From the NCBI RefSeq assembly GCF_964355755.1, contig NC_092672.1, positions 28,712,437 to 28,776,436 on the forward strand: DNA of 64,000 nt, written 5' to 3'. This document shows positions 55,401 to 63,867 of this stretch, in pieces; positions within the stretch are counted from its first letter, which is position 1; each line of letters begins with the position of its first letter. Source of the DNA: Antedon mediterranea. Lineage: Eukaryota > Animalia > Echinodermata. The translations under genes were made by a program, and so were the position numbers. The notes under the pieces were generated by a model that searched no databases, had not been told where the DNA came from, and worked only from the letters and a program-made list of their open reading frames with translations.

Positions 55401-55679
55401 CATTGGATTGTTCAGTTTTTAACATTTATGAAAAGGCTATTTTTTCACTGCAGAATTATTTTGGCATATGTGTTTTTACACTCAATAATAATTTTATCTT
55501 GTTATAAAACAATTATACATAAATCAACAATTGTTTTTACAGATTTATCGAAGTTGTGTATCTGTGGTTTGATTGGTCAATTTGAATGCTCTTTGTGTCA
55601 TAGTCAAACTTACTGTAGCCCCACCTGCCAGTCATCTGATTGGGCGAAGCACTGCAAAACATGCAGTGGAATGATGTAG
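9328..55679 (+). CDS. pkhd1l1: Fibrocystin-L (PKHD1L1-like) giant single-pass membrane protein, multi-exon and apparently intact, with a MYND-finger cytoplasmic tail
   Basis: Exon 1 at 9328-9385 (MATMRVHLFVFTCCALWKF, signal peptide). Following exons include 17487-17567 (TIG, VTSIWPRRGSYEGATRIAISG), 17701-17842, 18024-18117, 18442-18499, 19652-19757, 20453-20506 and 20915-20982. PA14 exons lie at ~22600-25010. Large exons are 37337-39016 (TIG array), 42174-43820 (PbH1; HAGQAFRLGRYPIHFHLNGDVSGSYVRG) and 48163-48969. The TM exon is 51839-51947 and the stop is at 55679. The splice phases checked by eye were consistent. Confidence 0.93.
10540..10584. promoter_or_regulatory. Pair of RFX X-box-like motifs in a conserved intron-1 element
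   Basis: GTTGCCATATCAAC (10540-10553) and ACCACCATGGCAAC (10571-10584); the surrounding block aligns with 63812-63935. Confidence 0.5.
11656..13083 (-). mobile_element. Non-autonomous Helitron
   Basis: Minus strand begins TC after A (13083) and ends CTAG before T (11656). Terminal hairpin CTAGATGGTACGC-N11-GCGTACCATCTAG; no TSD. The flanks rejoin into a host repeat also seen at 16335-17050. Confidence 0.7.
13719..14836. mobile_element. Non-autonomous TIR DNA transposon (~1.1 kb)
   Basis: CCCCTTTTACACTATCACTG ... CAGTCGATAGTGTAAAAAAG inverted termini, internal ACACCGG/CCGGTGT repeats, and partial copies elsewhere in the window. Confidence 0.65.
14841..15005 (+). mobile_element. Nin/Deu-domain SINE remnant
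   Basis: GGAGAAGGACTATAAACC...TTTCGAGACGAGTAGGGAGTTACCACGGTG resembles the conserved Nin/Deu central domain, recalled from memory and not aligned. Confidence 0.5.
16397..16664 (+). mobile_element. Penelope-like element terminal-repeat fragment inserted in (TA)n
   Basis: Carries a minimal hammerhead motif and is flanked on both sides by (TA)n tracts. Confidence 0.55.
16499..16535 (+). ncRNA. Minimal type I hammerhead ribozyme
   Basis: GCA-CTGATGA-A-GGGC(TAGTGTT)GCCC-GAA-AGCT-C-TGC: conserved core, stem II, palindromic AGCT stem III, UC cleavage site and stem I GCA/TGC. Confidence 0.75.
16694..16870 (-). mobile_element. tRNA-derived SINE fragment
   Basis: Minus strand ATCTAATGGTTAGGAC...CCGAGTTCGAGTCTCGG has A and B boxes followed by non-tRNA body sequence. 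Confidence 0.6.
17055..17287. repeat. Local tandem duplication (~140 bp period, 2 copies)
   Basis: AAAATAAGATAACATAGAAATGTTTGTC...CGGATCACTTAAGC...ATTACCCCTCGT occurs twice. Confidence 0.8.
18770..19505 (+). mobile_element. Helentron-associated non-autonomous element (HINE/DINE-1-like), nested in a MITE (~18640-19562)
   Basis: (GTCG/GTCT)n microsatellite near the 5' end and a CACGCGACT subterminal repeat with a 3' stem-loop. Near-identical to the reverse complement of 53216-54032. The host has ATTTACACAGA/TCTGTGTAAAT inverted ends. Confidence 0.75.
19783..19929. mobile_element. ~145 bp MITE
   Basis: AAGCTCTGTCTAC...GTAGACAGAACTT TIRs; same family as 6163 and 25364. Confidence 0.7.
21290..21514 (-). 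mobile_element. tRNA-derived SINE
   Basis: Minus-strand head GTGGCTTGGTGGTTA (A box) ... GCGTTCAAGTCCC (B box) followed by non-tRNA body. Confidence 0.6.
24127..25008 (+). CDS. pkhd1l1: PA14 domain exons of fibrocystin-L
   Basis: YSSRYRGYFVAPYDGVFKFMIYSDDQSELYFS and LTGGNHYYIEAYLREGYGSAYINVG are PA14 signature segments. Confidence 0.85.
25364..25509. mobile_element. ~145 bp MITE
   Basis: AACTCAGTCTGCACTATTAAACT...AGTTTGATAGTGTAGACAGAGCTT TIRs. Confidence 0.7.
27770..29700 (-). mobile_element. 5'-truncated, frameshifted L1/Tx1-clade LINE (RT C-terminus to zinc knuckle)
   Basis: ORFs 29224-29601 (PIKFLGIYIG...WEKRKISFFGKIKVIKTLALSKLIY), 28501-28974 and 28107-28478 (CEYCNEEVENEKHMLFTC) are consecutive pieces of one ORF2. 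Confidence 0.85.
32415..32560. mobile_element. Small MITE (related copies at ~32885-33003 and ~7700-7785)
   Basis: GGTCCCACTA...TAATGGAAACC inverted ends and internal GACCAATCAC/GTGATTGGT palindromic boxes. Confidence 0.5.
35925..36150 (-). mobile_element. 3' end of a Rex1/Babar-like non-LTR element
   Basis: HALFSDFKLMPHGRRFRWPACRTNRKRNSFLPVAIRLLNS* matches the typical H.LF..LPSGRR.R...RT.R..NSF.P.AIRLLN C-terminus. Confidence 0.7.
36707..37460 (+). CDS. pkhd1l1: Cupredoxin-like domain exons of fibrocystin-L
   Basis: WDPQVLKIMAGDTVMWQW ... GTYSYTFNNEGEYYYSSG, a plastocyanin-like pattern without obvious copper ligands. Confidence 0.65.
37337..39016 (+). CDS. pkhd1l1: Large exon encoding several IPT/TIG repeats
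   Basis: Repeated I.SV.P..GS..GGT.LTI.G.GF...V.....C.......I.C motifs. Confidence 0.92.
40535..43820 (+). CDS. pkhd1l1: First G8 domain and PbH1 beta-helix exons
   Basis: YIDVWSSVWTWGGLEPPIAGDFVIVPAGQTLLLDVDTP...LPLFGAKTLAVRNGTLDLHG, followed by the 531-aa PbH1 ORF. Confidence 0.92.
44197..48969 (+). CDS. pkhd1l1: Second G8 domain, PbH1 region and SEA-like segment with furin site
   Basis: LPNGPNMGAKVLGVFGRLEMHG; VNPSDCVDMDCDA; DLINGPQDHGWCHGYTCQERISTF; LVNNLASLLGVDESQIRVVDVVREGGRRRRS. Confidence 0.92.
50740..51453 (+). CDS. pkhd1l1: Juxtamembrane SEA domain with G^SIII motif (split over exons 50492-50882 and 51287-51453)
   Basis: VKVGLKFYGDYATV...FINNFAVSYSNVTIFSVEISEG|SIIIDFIMTG matches the SEA fold pattern and the GSVVV consensus. 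Confidence 0.7.
51839..51947 (+). CDS. pkhd1l1: Transmembrane exon
   Basis: DDPSGLPIWAIVLIVIISLLMILIMGAALVRVCYSP; phase-0 acceptor and phase-1 donor. Confidence 0.9.
52400..52650 (+). mobile_element. Degenerate RTE-clade LINE remnant
   Basis: GHLIRLYSNIPAQRDL ... KRPRGRLKITW motif. Confidence 0.5.
52867..55679 (+). CDS. pkhd1l1: Cytoplasmic-tail exons: Ser-rich linker, beta-grasp-like domain, MYND-type zinc finger
   Basis: Exons 52867-52996, 54566-54705, 54957-55226 and 55543-55679 join in frame. The last exon encodes LCICGLIGQFECSLCHSQTYCSPTCQSSDWAKHCKTC. Confidence 0.85.
53216..54032 (-). mobile_element. Helentron-associated non-autonomous element (HINE), inserted after the gene duplication
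   Basis: Minus strand starts TTTTTAGTCGCGTG, carries (GTCT/GTCG)n and a 3' CACGCGACT plus hairpin. It is absent at the paralogous site 2535-2546, which is an A-run. Confidence 0.8.
54342..54510. mobile_element. MITE, paralog of 2848-3022
   Basis: TAAGGCCAACTCA...TGAGTTGGCTTCA. Confidence 0.6.
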
Positions 55680-56968
55680 ACAAACAATGTTGCACAATGT
55701 CTGGTAGACTGTGTCATGAATTATGTATATAGACCAGTTCTCTGACTATCGTTGAAGAAATTAATATTGTATAGTAATTATCGTGTTTGTCCAGTTTTTA
55801 ACTAAAATATAAATGTGGGCCTAGTTATAGTTTTAGCAAAGATTGTGAGCTAAGTTGATAGAAATGAAGTTTGATTTTGATTTTTATGGTATACTTTAAA
55901 GGTCATTTTACAATGAAAAGTACAAAATAAACATGAATACATTCATTAATACTGCATTCTATCGGGTAATAATTCATTTTCAGGGGTACAGAGAGAAATG
56001 CTTAACCGCGATGACGTAACTACAATTGAGTGAGTTGTGAATGTAAACGGATCTATCTCCATTTTTTTTGCGGTAGAGTATGTACACAAAAATGGGGACA
56101 ACCATACTAAAAGTAGTAAGACATTTTCTAAAAACACCTCTTACAATATTCGAATGAAGTTTAGGTAATAATTAAAGAGGTCGTTTTGACGTAACATAGA
56201 TGCGTAGCCTAGCTAGTAAAAGAAACACAGTCGTGGTGAGGATATGGCCAGAATGTATCTCGTTTAGCATAGGGGAATCAGCGCTCCTAACACTTGAAAA
56301 GACATCAAACGGAAAATTTAACAAATAAGTGTACATAATAATAAATATCTAATGTTTTAAATGCTGTGTTTTTCTATTTTTACATTTTAATACACAAATA
56401 AATTGCTTGAAAATGTGATGACTCATTGTAATGTGTAAAATATATTTTATAGATGTACGTATTGACGATTATAGATGGTTTTCAATATTTGATTATCCAT
56501 TCTATAAGATTAACAATAAAGTTTATATTATTTGAACGGAATATAATATAAATGTCCTGTGTGGTTTTTTTAATTTCCTGAATTTTTCTAATGGGATTGT
56601 GTCCTCTAATTTTAATAGTTTTTGAAACGTCGTTTAAATTTCATTTAGAATTTGATTAGATTTTATTATTATTATTATTTTATTTTTCTCATAAATCATC
56701 AGGATCTATAGCTAATCACAATTTGTCAACTAGAGATAATAATGTTAAATACAACTTAAATCCAGTCATATGAAATGAGTGATGTTTGACCCTGTAATTG
56801 AAAAAGGGGAAAATATATTGATACTGACGTCACAAGGGATGAACATATCTTTTTTTAGGAACTGAAAAAAGTACCATGTACAATAATTATTTCCTTCATT
56901 GATACATTGTTATGCTAATTAACAAATAATTTTAAAAAAACCTACTCTACTTTTACGCCAACCTAGCA

Positions 56969-58232
56969 ATTTCAAAATGGCCAAAATAAAAACAAAAAGT
57001 GTTCATATCTTGGCAACTATAAACAGTAGAGACTTGATTCTGGTGTTAAATTGTTCACAAACCACATATTTCTATTTGCTCTAATGAAAGGTTTCGTCCA
57101 ATAAGACCGGAAATGACGTTTCTTCCAGTTTGACCTTTGACCTCTTATCTGTATATCTCAGTAACTACTGATCATTTTCAATCGATTTTGGTGTAATTTT
57201 GTTCAGAATAGAGACATTTATATTTGTAGTAATGAAACATTTTCACATAAAATGACTGGAAATACAATTTATAACCTTTGACATATATAATTATGTGAAC
57301 AGACTGTATGTTGTTTACACCTAATTTTTTTACCGAAATAAATGACACGGAATTATTATTCTGAATTTTTAACTTTTGATGTGATAGGATAGGCATAAAG
57401 TATGACAGATCACTGAGCTCATCTATGCCGACTTGTTTGCTAAACTGTGATTTGTCAATCGTTAGATAAAAATGTTGGTCCTCTCTCCTTCATCTTTAAA
57501 AAAAAAATGTATTATACCATATGGACAATTGTCTGAAATAAAAGTTGAATTGAATTGTTAGATGCCATTTGGAAATATTTTAGATGTAAAGTAGCATTCT
57601 TTCGTTGGCCTCTTTAATGTTGCATATGAGACAAGTTCGGAAAGTTCTCATTTTCATGAGTTAAGAGAAGAGAACACCGTCTTTCAAAGTACTTACTACA
57701 AACTTTATGCATTTGTGCAGTAGACCTACTTTCATTAGTCAGAAACTCAGATAATTCTTGTTCATTTTCGTTGCATCTAACAAAATGTACTCCATTTTTA
57801 TGGTAATGGGCCTTTGCTGTAAACCTTTCATCTGAATCCTTTTCCTCGATTTTCTCTAGTCATTGATTTTTTAGCAAAATCCGAACCAAATCAATTCGTA
57901 AAAGACATCTCAATATAATTATTCAAGTAATCCTCAAATTAGTGACATGGACCTACAATATACTGTTCTGTACAAGACCTTTTAAGCATCCACCTGTGAA
58001 CTTTCACTTTAAAGGTCTTGGTCTCCTAATCATACAAGAAACAATGTCTAATTTAATCAATCAAAGTAGTGGGTCAAGACAAAGAAGGGGTGTAAGACCA
58101 TCCACATACAAAGAAGGGGTTATAAGACCATCCACAGACAAAGAAGGGGATGTAAGACCATCCACAGAAAAAGAAGGGGGTGTAGGACCATCCACATACA
58201 AAGAAGGGGTGTAAGACCATCAGCAGACACAG
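56969..58232 (-). repeat. Left arm of a long inverted repeat (truncated copy of the element at 60445-62949), with ~5 minisatellite units
   Basis: Reverse complement aligns continuously with ~61530-62800. Confidence 0.9.
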
Positions 58233-58234
58233 AA

Positions 58235-58790
58235 ATATAAAAAGTTCTTTGTATGGTCATTAATAATTAATGGCAGGTTTCCCGTGGGAATTCCAGAATA
58301 TTTTTCACATGCCAGCATCGTCACTCAACGAGATTTCAAGCAAGGGGAAATCTTGCGATTCCAAAATACAAAAGTAATGTTGGTCAATTTTCTGTCCGAT
58401 ATTCTGGTGCTAATTCATGGAACGAGATACCAGAAAATATTAAACATGACTCTAAAATTATATTTAAACGGAAATTAAAGCAATTCTTACTTTAGTTATA
58501 TAATTATTTATTTTATTTATCTTATTTATGAAAAAGTGTAGTAATATTTAAGTTTTAAAATATATAAATGGGATTGTTTTAACTTATTAAGTTTTATATT
58601 TAGGCCTGTGTTTAAGAAATTATTGCCCATAGTTGTAAAAATTGAGTTAAGTATAATTTATGTAAAAGGGGCTGGACTTGATTAGTGTTTACACTATTTT
58701 CTAGCTCCTTCCTTATGTTTTAAAATTTGATATTATTTATTATTTTGAAACAAAATATTATTTGGAAAATAAAGTTGAAGTTGAAGTTAA
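58235..58790 (+). mobile_element. 3' end of a CR1/L2-type LINE
   Basis: HRHSTRFQARGNLAIPKYKSNVGQFSVRYSGANSWNEIPENIKHDSKIIFKRKLKQFLL, then a UTR ending in AATAAA(GTTGAA)n. Confidence 0.75.
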
Positions 58791-59049
58791 TATATTGATA
58801 TAAACACGATCATCATACTATTCATTTGACATTCAAATACAGTCTCGAAAAGAAGCTCATACTATCACCTTTTCGAGGTTTTACGGTATTCAATAACATG
58901 TATGTTATTTCCTCTGTCAAACTATTAAAACTTTTAACGAATCAGAAGGTGCCAACATCATTGAACTATTATGGTACCACCAAGCACAATGTTTACCAAT
59001 TTTATGTACTATATACAATTTAAGTCCATTACTCATTTAATATAATTAC

Positions 59050-59561
59050 GCCAATCAGGTCACAGTTCAAAATTAGGTGCATTTAAGACCAAAAAAAACC
59101 ACATACAGTATATTCACATAATTAAAAATCAATAAATTAATGTCAAAGGTCATAAATTGCATTTCCGGTCATTTTAGGTGAAAATGTTTCATTACTACAA
59201 ATATAAATGTATTTATTCTGAACAAAATGACACCAAAATCGATTGAAAATGACCAGTAGTTACAGAGATATACAAATACGAGGTCAAAGGTCAAACTGAA
59301 AGAAACGTCATTTCCGGTCATTTTTTGACGAAAATTTTCATTAGAGCAAATAGAAATATATAGTTTGTGAACAATTTGAGACCATAATTAAGTCTCTAAT
59401 GTGTATAGTTGCCAAGATATGAACATTTTTTGTTTTTATGGTGGCCATTTTGAAATCAAGATGGCCGATATTTTGAATCTATATACATTAAAGAAACTTT
59501 GTGCCAAGTTTCATGCTTTGGTAATAAAATGCACAGCTCATGTCATTAACTGCTCTACTAT
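59050..59561 (+). mobile_element. Third, more diverged partial copy of the 60445-62949 element end
   Basis: Aligns with 62430-62949 and shares the terminal AAGTTTCATGCTTTGGTAATAAA...TTAACTGCTCTACTA. Confidence 0.8.
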
Positions 59562-60315
59562 TCAGCGAAATTGGTAGTTCAAATTATTTCTACTTTTTGA
59601 GAAGCGAAATATTGCGCAACCAATCAGAGCTACTACGACACGTTCATGAGCACTCATGCGAATCGTAAAGCTCAGCAGCCACGCGAGGAACATGGAAATC
59701 GCTGCTATTCGCTCATGTAGTGGAAAGAGTAGGCCTAGCACAAAATTCGCTTTAGTGGAAAATCGGCTTTAGAGACAAATCGTCGTCAATGTCATCGTGC
59801 CTAATTGTTACTGGTAGAACAAAACTTTAAAAAATAATGTACATGGACTTATCATTTTCGTGAACATATTATAATAGTCAACAATGTTATTTCTTCTACC
59901 TTTTAATTAAAGGTGACCAATATAATTTATGTGGTCAAATGTAGGCAACTATTATAGATAAACTTGATAAACATTTACACAACAGAGGAACTCCTGGCTA
60001 AGTACGGTCCTGATAATATACGAGTTGAGAAACAAGTACATTGACGATTGAACATTTTAATGCATAGTTTATTTATACTATACTATACATGGTGTACACT
60101 TTAATATGGTTGTAGATATAAAATGATAACAAAATTATTTGTATAAATTTTCCAATATATAGTAAGTATAATTGCTAAACAAATGAATTTAACACAAAAC
60201 GCCTTTTGCTCAATATTTCAAAACTATGGTTTTGGCTTATAATGCGTTCTTCCAATTCAGAGCAGTACGGTATCTTTTTTTGTCTTTTTTGTTGCAAGAC
60301 AGTATGAAACAAAGT

Positions 60316-60447
60316 TCATGACCAACTTCTTCTAAAATTAACGTGGCCTATTCTGCCTGATGTCCCACACCCTTCCCTACACGTCTTGCTGCAATGTTCC
60401 CACCAATCATGTGACTGTCAAGTGGGGCTACAGTACGTCTGATTATG
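60316..60447 (-). pseudogene. Inverted, truncated pseudo-exon of a fibrocystin-L MYND finger
   Basis: Minus strand translates HNQTYCSPT*QSHDWWEHCSKTCREGCG..., compared with the intact HSQTYCSPTCQSSDWAKHCKTC; TGA replaces a Cys codon. Confidence 0.8.
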
Positions 60448-61675
60448 GTCCTACACCCCCTTCTTTGTCTGTGGATGGTCTTATACCCCCTTCTTTGTCT
60501 GTAAGTGGTCCTATACCCTTTCTTTGTCAGTGGATGGTCTTACACCCCCTTCTTTGTCTGTGGACGGTCCTACACCCCCTTCTTTGTCTGTGGATGGTCT
60601 TACACCCCTTTCTTTGTCTGTGGAGGGTATTACACCCCCTTCTGTGCCTGTTGATGGTATTACACCCTTTGCTTTGTCTGTTGATGGTATTACACCCTTT
60701 TCTTTGTCTGTTGATGGTAGACCCTTTTCTTTGTCTGTGGATGGTATTACACCCCTTTTTTTGTGTGTGGATGGTATTACACCCCTTTTTTTGTGTGTGG
60801 ATGGTCTTACACCTTTTTCTTTGTGTGTGGATGGTCTTACATCCCTTCTTTGTCTGTGGATGGTCTTACACCCCCTTCTTTCTCCGTCGATGGTCTTATA
60901 CCCCTTCTTTGTATGTGGATGGTCTTATACCCCCTTCTTTGTCTGTGGATGGTCCTACATCCCCTTCTTTGTCTGTGGATGGTCCTACACCCCCTTCTTT
61001 GTCTGTGGATGGTCCTACATCCCCTTCTTTGTCTGTGGATGGTCTTATACCCCCTTCTTTGTCTGTAAGTGGTCCTATACCCCCTTCTTTGTCAGTGGAT
61101 GGTCTTACACCCCCTTCTTTGTCTCTGGAGGGTCCTACGCCCCCTTCTTTGTCTGTGGATGGTCTTACACCCCCTTCTTTGTCTGTTGATGGTCTTACAC
61201 CCCCTTCTTTGTCTGTGGATGGTCCTACACCCCCTTCTTTGTCTGTAGATGGCCTTACACCCCTTTCTTTGTCTGTGGATGGTCTTATACCCCCTTCTTT
61301 GTGTGTGGATGGTCTTATACCCCTTCTTTGTCTGTGGATGGTCTTACACCCCCTTCTTTGTCTGTGGATGGTCTTATACCCCTTTCTTTGTCTGTAAGTG
61401 GTCCTATACCCCCTTCTTTGTCAGTGGATGGTCTTACACCCCCTTCTTTGTCTGTGGAGGGTCCTACGCCTCCTTCTTTTTCTGTAGATGGCCTTACACC
61501 CCTTTCTTTGTCTGTGGATGGTCTTATACCCCCTTCTTTGTGTGTGGATGGTCTTACACCCCCTTCTTTGTATGTGGATGGTCTTACACCCCCTTCTTTG
61601 TCTGTGGATGGTCTTATACCCCTTTCTTTGTCTGTAAGTGGTCCTATACCCCCTTCTTTGTCTGTGGATGGTCTG
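60445..61675. repeat. 30-bp minisatellite (GGATGGTCTTACACCCCCTTCTTTGTCTGT) x ~41
   Basis: Tandem units of 29-30 bp with recurring variants. Confidence 0.97.
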
Positions 61676-62949
61676 GACCCACTACTTTGATTGATTAAAT
61701 CAGACATTGTTTCTTGTATGATTAGGAGACCAAGAACTTCAAAGTGAAAGTCCACAAGTGGATGCCTAAAAAGGTCTTGTACAGAACAGTATATTGTAGG
61801 TCCATGTCACTAATTTGAGGATTACTTGAATAATTATATTGAGATGTCTTTTACGAATTGATTTGGTTCGGATTTTGCTAAAAAATCAATGACTAGAGAA
61901 AATCGAGGAAAAGGATTCAGATGGTTTACAGCAAAGGCTCATTACCATAAAAATTGAGTACATTTGTTTAGATGCAACGAAAATGACCAAGATTAATGAA
62001 AGTAGGTCTACTGTAGTAAGTACTTTGAAAGACGGTGTTCTCTTAACTCATGAAAATGAGAACTTTCCGAACTTGTCTCATATGCAACATCAAAGAGGCC
62101 AACGAAAGAATGCTACTTTACATCAAAAATATTTCCAAATGGCATCTAACAATTCAATTCAACTTTTATTTCAGACAATTGTCCATATGGTATAATTAAT
62201 ACATTACAAAAAAAAAAAGAAAAGATGAAGGAGAGAGGACCAAAACTTTTATATAACGATTGACACATCACAGTTTAGCAAACAAGTCGGCATAGATGAG
62301 CTCAGTGATTGCTGTTTCTCAGTGATCTGTCATATTTTACGCCTATCCTATCACATCAAAAGTCAAAAATTCAGAATAATAAATTCCTGGTCATTTTTGC
62401 ATTAAGTGTCATTTATTTCGGTAAAACAAATTAGGTGCATTTATACCAATGTAAACCACATACAGTATGTTCACATAATTATATATGTCAAAGGTTAAAA
62501 ATTGTCTTTCCAGTCATTTTATGTGAAAATGTTTCATTACTACAAATATAAATGTCTCTATTCTGAACAAAATCACACCAAAATCGATTGAAAATGATCA
62601 GTAGTTACCGAGATATACAGATAAGAGGTCAAAGGTCAAACTGGAAGAAACGTCATTTCCGGTCATTTTTTGACGAAACTTTTCATTAGAGCAAATAGAA
62701 ATATGTGGTTTGTGAACAATTTAACACCAGAATCAAGTCTCTACTGTTTATAGTTGCCAAGATATGAACACTTTTTGTTTTTATGGTGGCCATTTTGAAA
62801 TCAAGATGGCCGCCATACCGGACGTTGGACACTTGGCACCCCCCGATATTTTTAATCTATATACATCAAAGAAACTTTGTGGCAAGTTTCATGCTTTGGT
62901 AATAAAGTGCACAACTTGGCTATTTTTATGGCCTTAACTGCTCTACTAG
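60445..62949 (+). mobile_element. Non-autonomous element carrying a minisatellite array, possibly Helentron-like; forms the right arm of the inverted repeat
   Basis: Three related copies lie within 6 kb, two sharing the terminus ...GCTCTACTA. No coding capacity; the classification is inferred. Confidence 0.5.
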
Positions 62950-63297
62950 AAGCAAAAAATTCAGGAACTAGAATTCGTCGCAAAGAGGGAGATATGAAAG
63001 ATGTAAACATGAATACGCATGCGTATAAGCTGATGTTTTCGATTCACGCAAACAAATTCGCCATATTGTAAATCGGCTTAAAGTCGCTTCTCGCAACATT
63101 TCTTTTCTTCTTCGGAGCAATTGCCTGTAATTACTGTCTCAAGCTCATATTGTCAACAATCATTGTATTCATTAACTTTTGGATGAAGATCATGAACAAT
63201 CGTTCACACCTGCCGCAATCTGCATAGACGAGTATTTTTCATATATGTTTCATAGATTAAATTGTTATTGTTTTAAACAACAATAGATAGTTAGAAC

Positions 63298-63352
63298 ATG
63301 GTGCCTCCTCGTTTGATTTTATTATTCTTCATCTTTACACATTGGAAATATG
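63298..63352 (+). CDS. pkhd1l1: First (signal-peptide) exon of a probable third fibrocystin-L paralog
   Basis: MVPPRLILLFFIFTHWKY(G) with a phase-1 donor; TGGAAATATG|GTAAGTTATAGATT compared with TGGAAATTTG|GTAAGTAATAGATT at 9376-9399. The shared intronic element follows at 63812-63935. Confidence 0.7.
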
Positions 63353-63821
63353 GTAAGTTATAGATTTGTTTATTTATTTTTGTTAATGTTTTGCGTTCGT
63401 AGGCTTAGAATTGTATTTTACTTTATAAATTAAAGATATATAAGTTTTAATAAATTTAATCACTTCCGTAGAAAGTTGATAATTATTATGTTACATTAAA
63501 ATGGCATATTCAACACAAGGGGGACAATACATTATTATTACCCTCAACCATACGATCATATACGGAATTTGGTTATTAATTAATATACTAAACAGAATAA
63601 AACACCTGATAATCTCCTAGAATCGACGTTTCAACATCCTCAATTTAAAAAAAAAATAATATTCACTTACAAAAAAAATATGATTAGGTCTAATTAAGGA
63701 GGAAAGGAAAACATCATAATACCATGCACAATTTTTAAAAGCGGAAATTAATTATTATTAGTTAATTACTATGCAAACTGGTTTGAATGTTTTTTTTCTT
63801 CAAATATTCTTGTTTGTGTCG

Positions 63822-63867
63822 GTCACCATATCAACATAGTATTTGTTTACTGTATCACCATGACGAA
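63822..63867. promoter_or_regulatory. X-box-like motif pair, paralogous to 10540-10584
   Basis: GTCACCATATCAAC and ATCACCATGACGAA with nearly the same spacing. Confidence 0.45.

Noticed and set aside
60360-61755. Several long overlapping ORFs (up to 345 aa) on both strands
   Set aside because: They are by-products of a 30-bp minisatellite, and 29-bp units shift frames freely, arguing against coding constraint.
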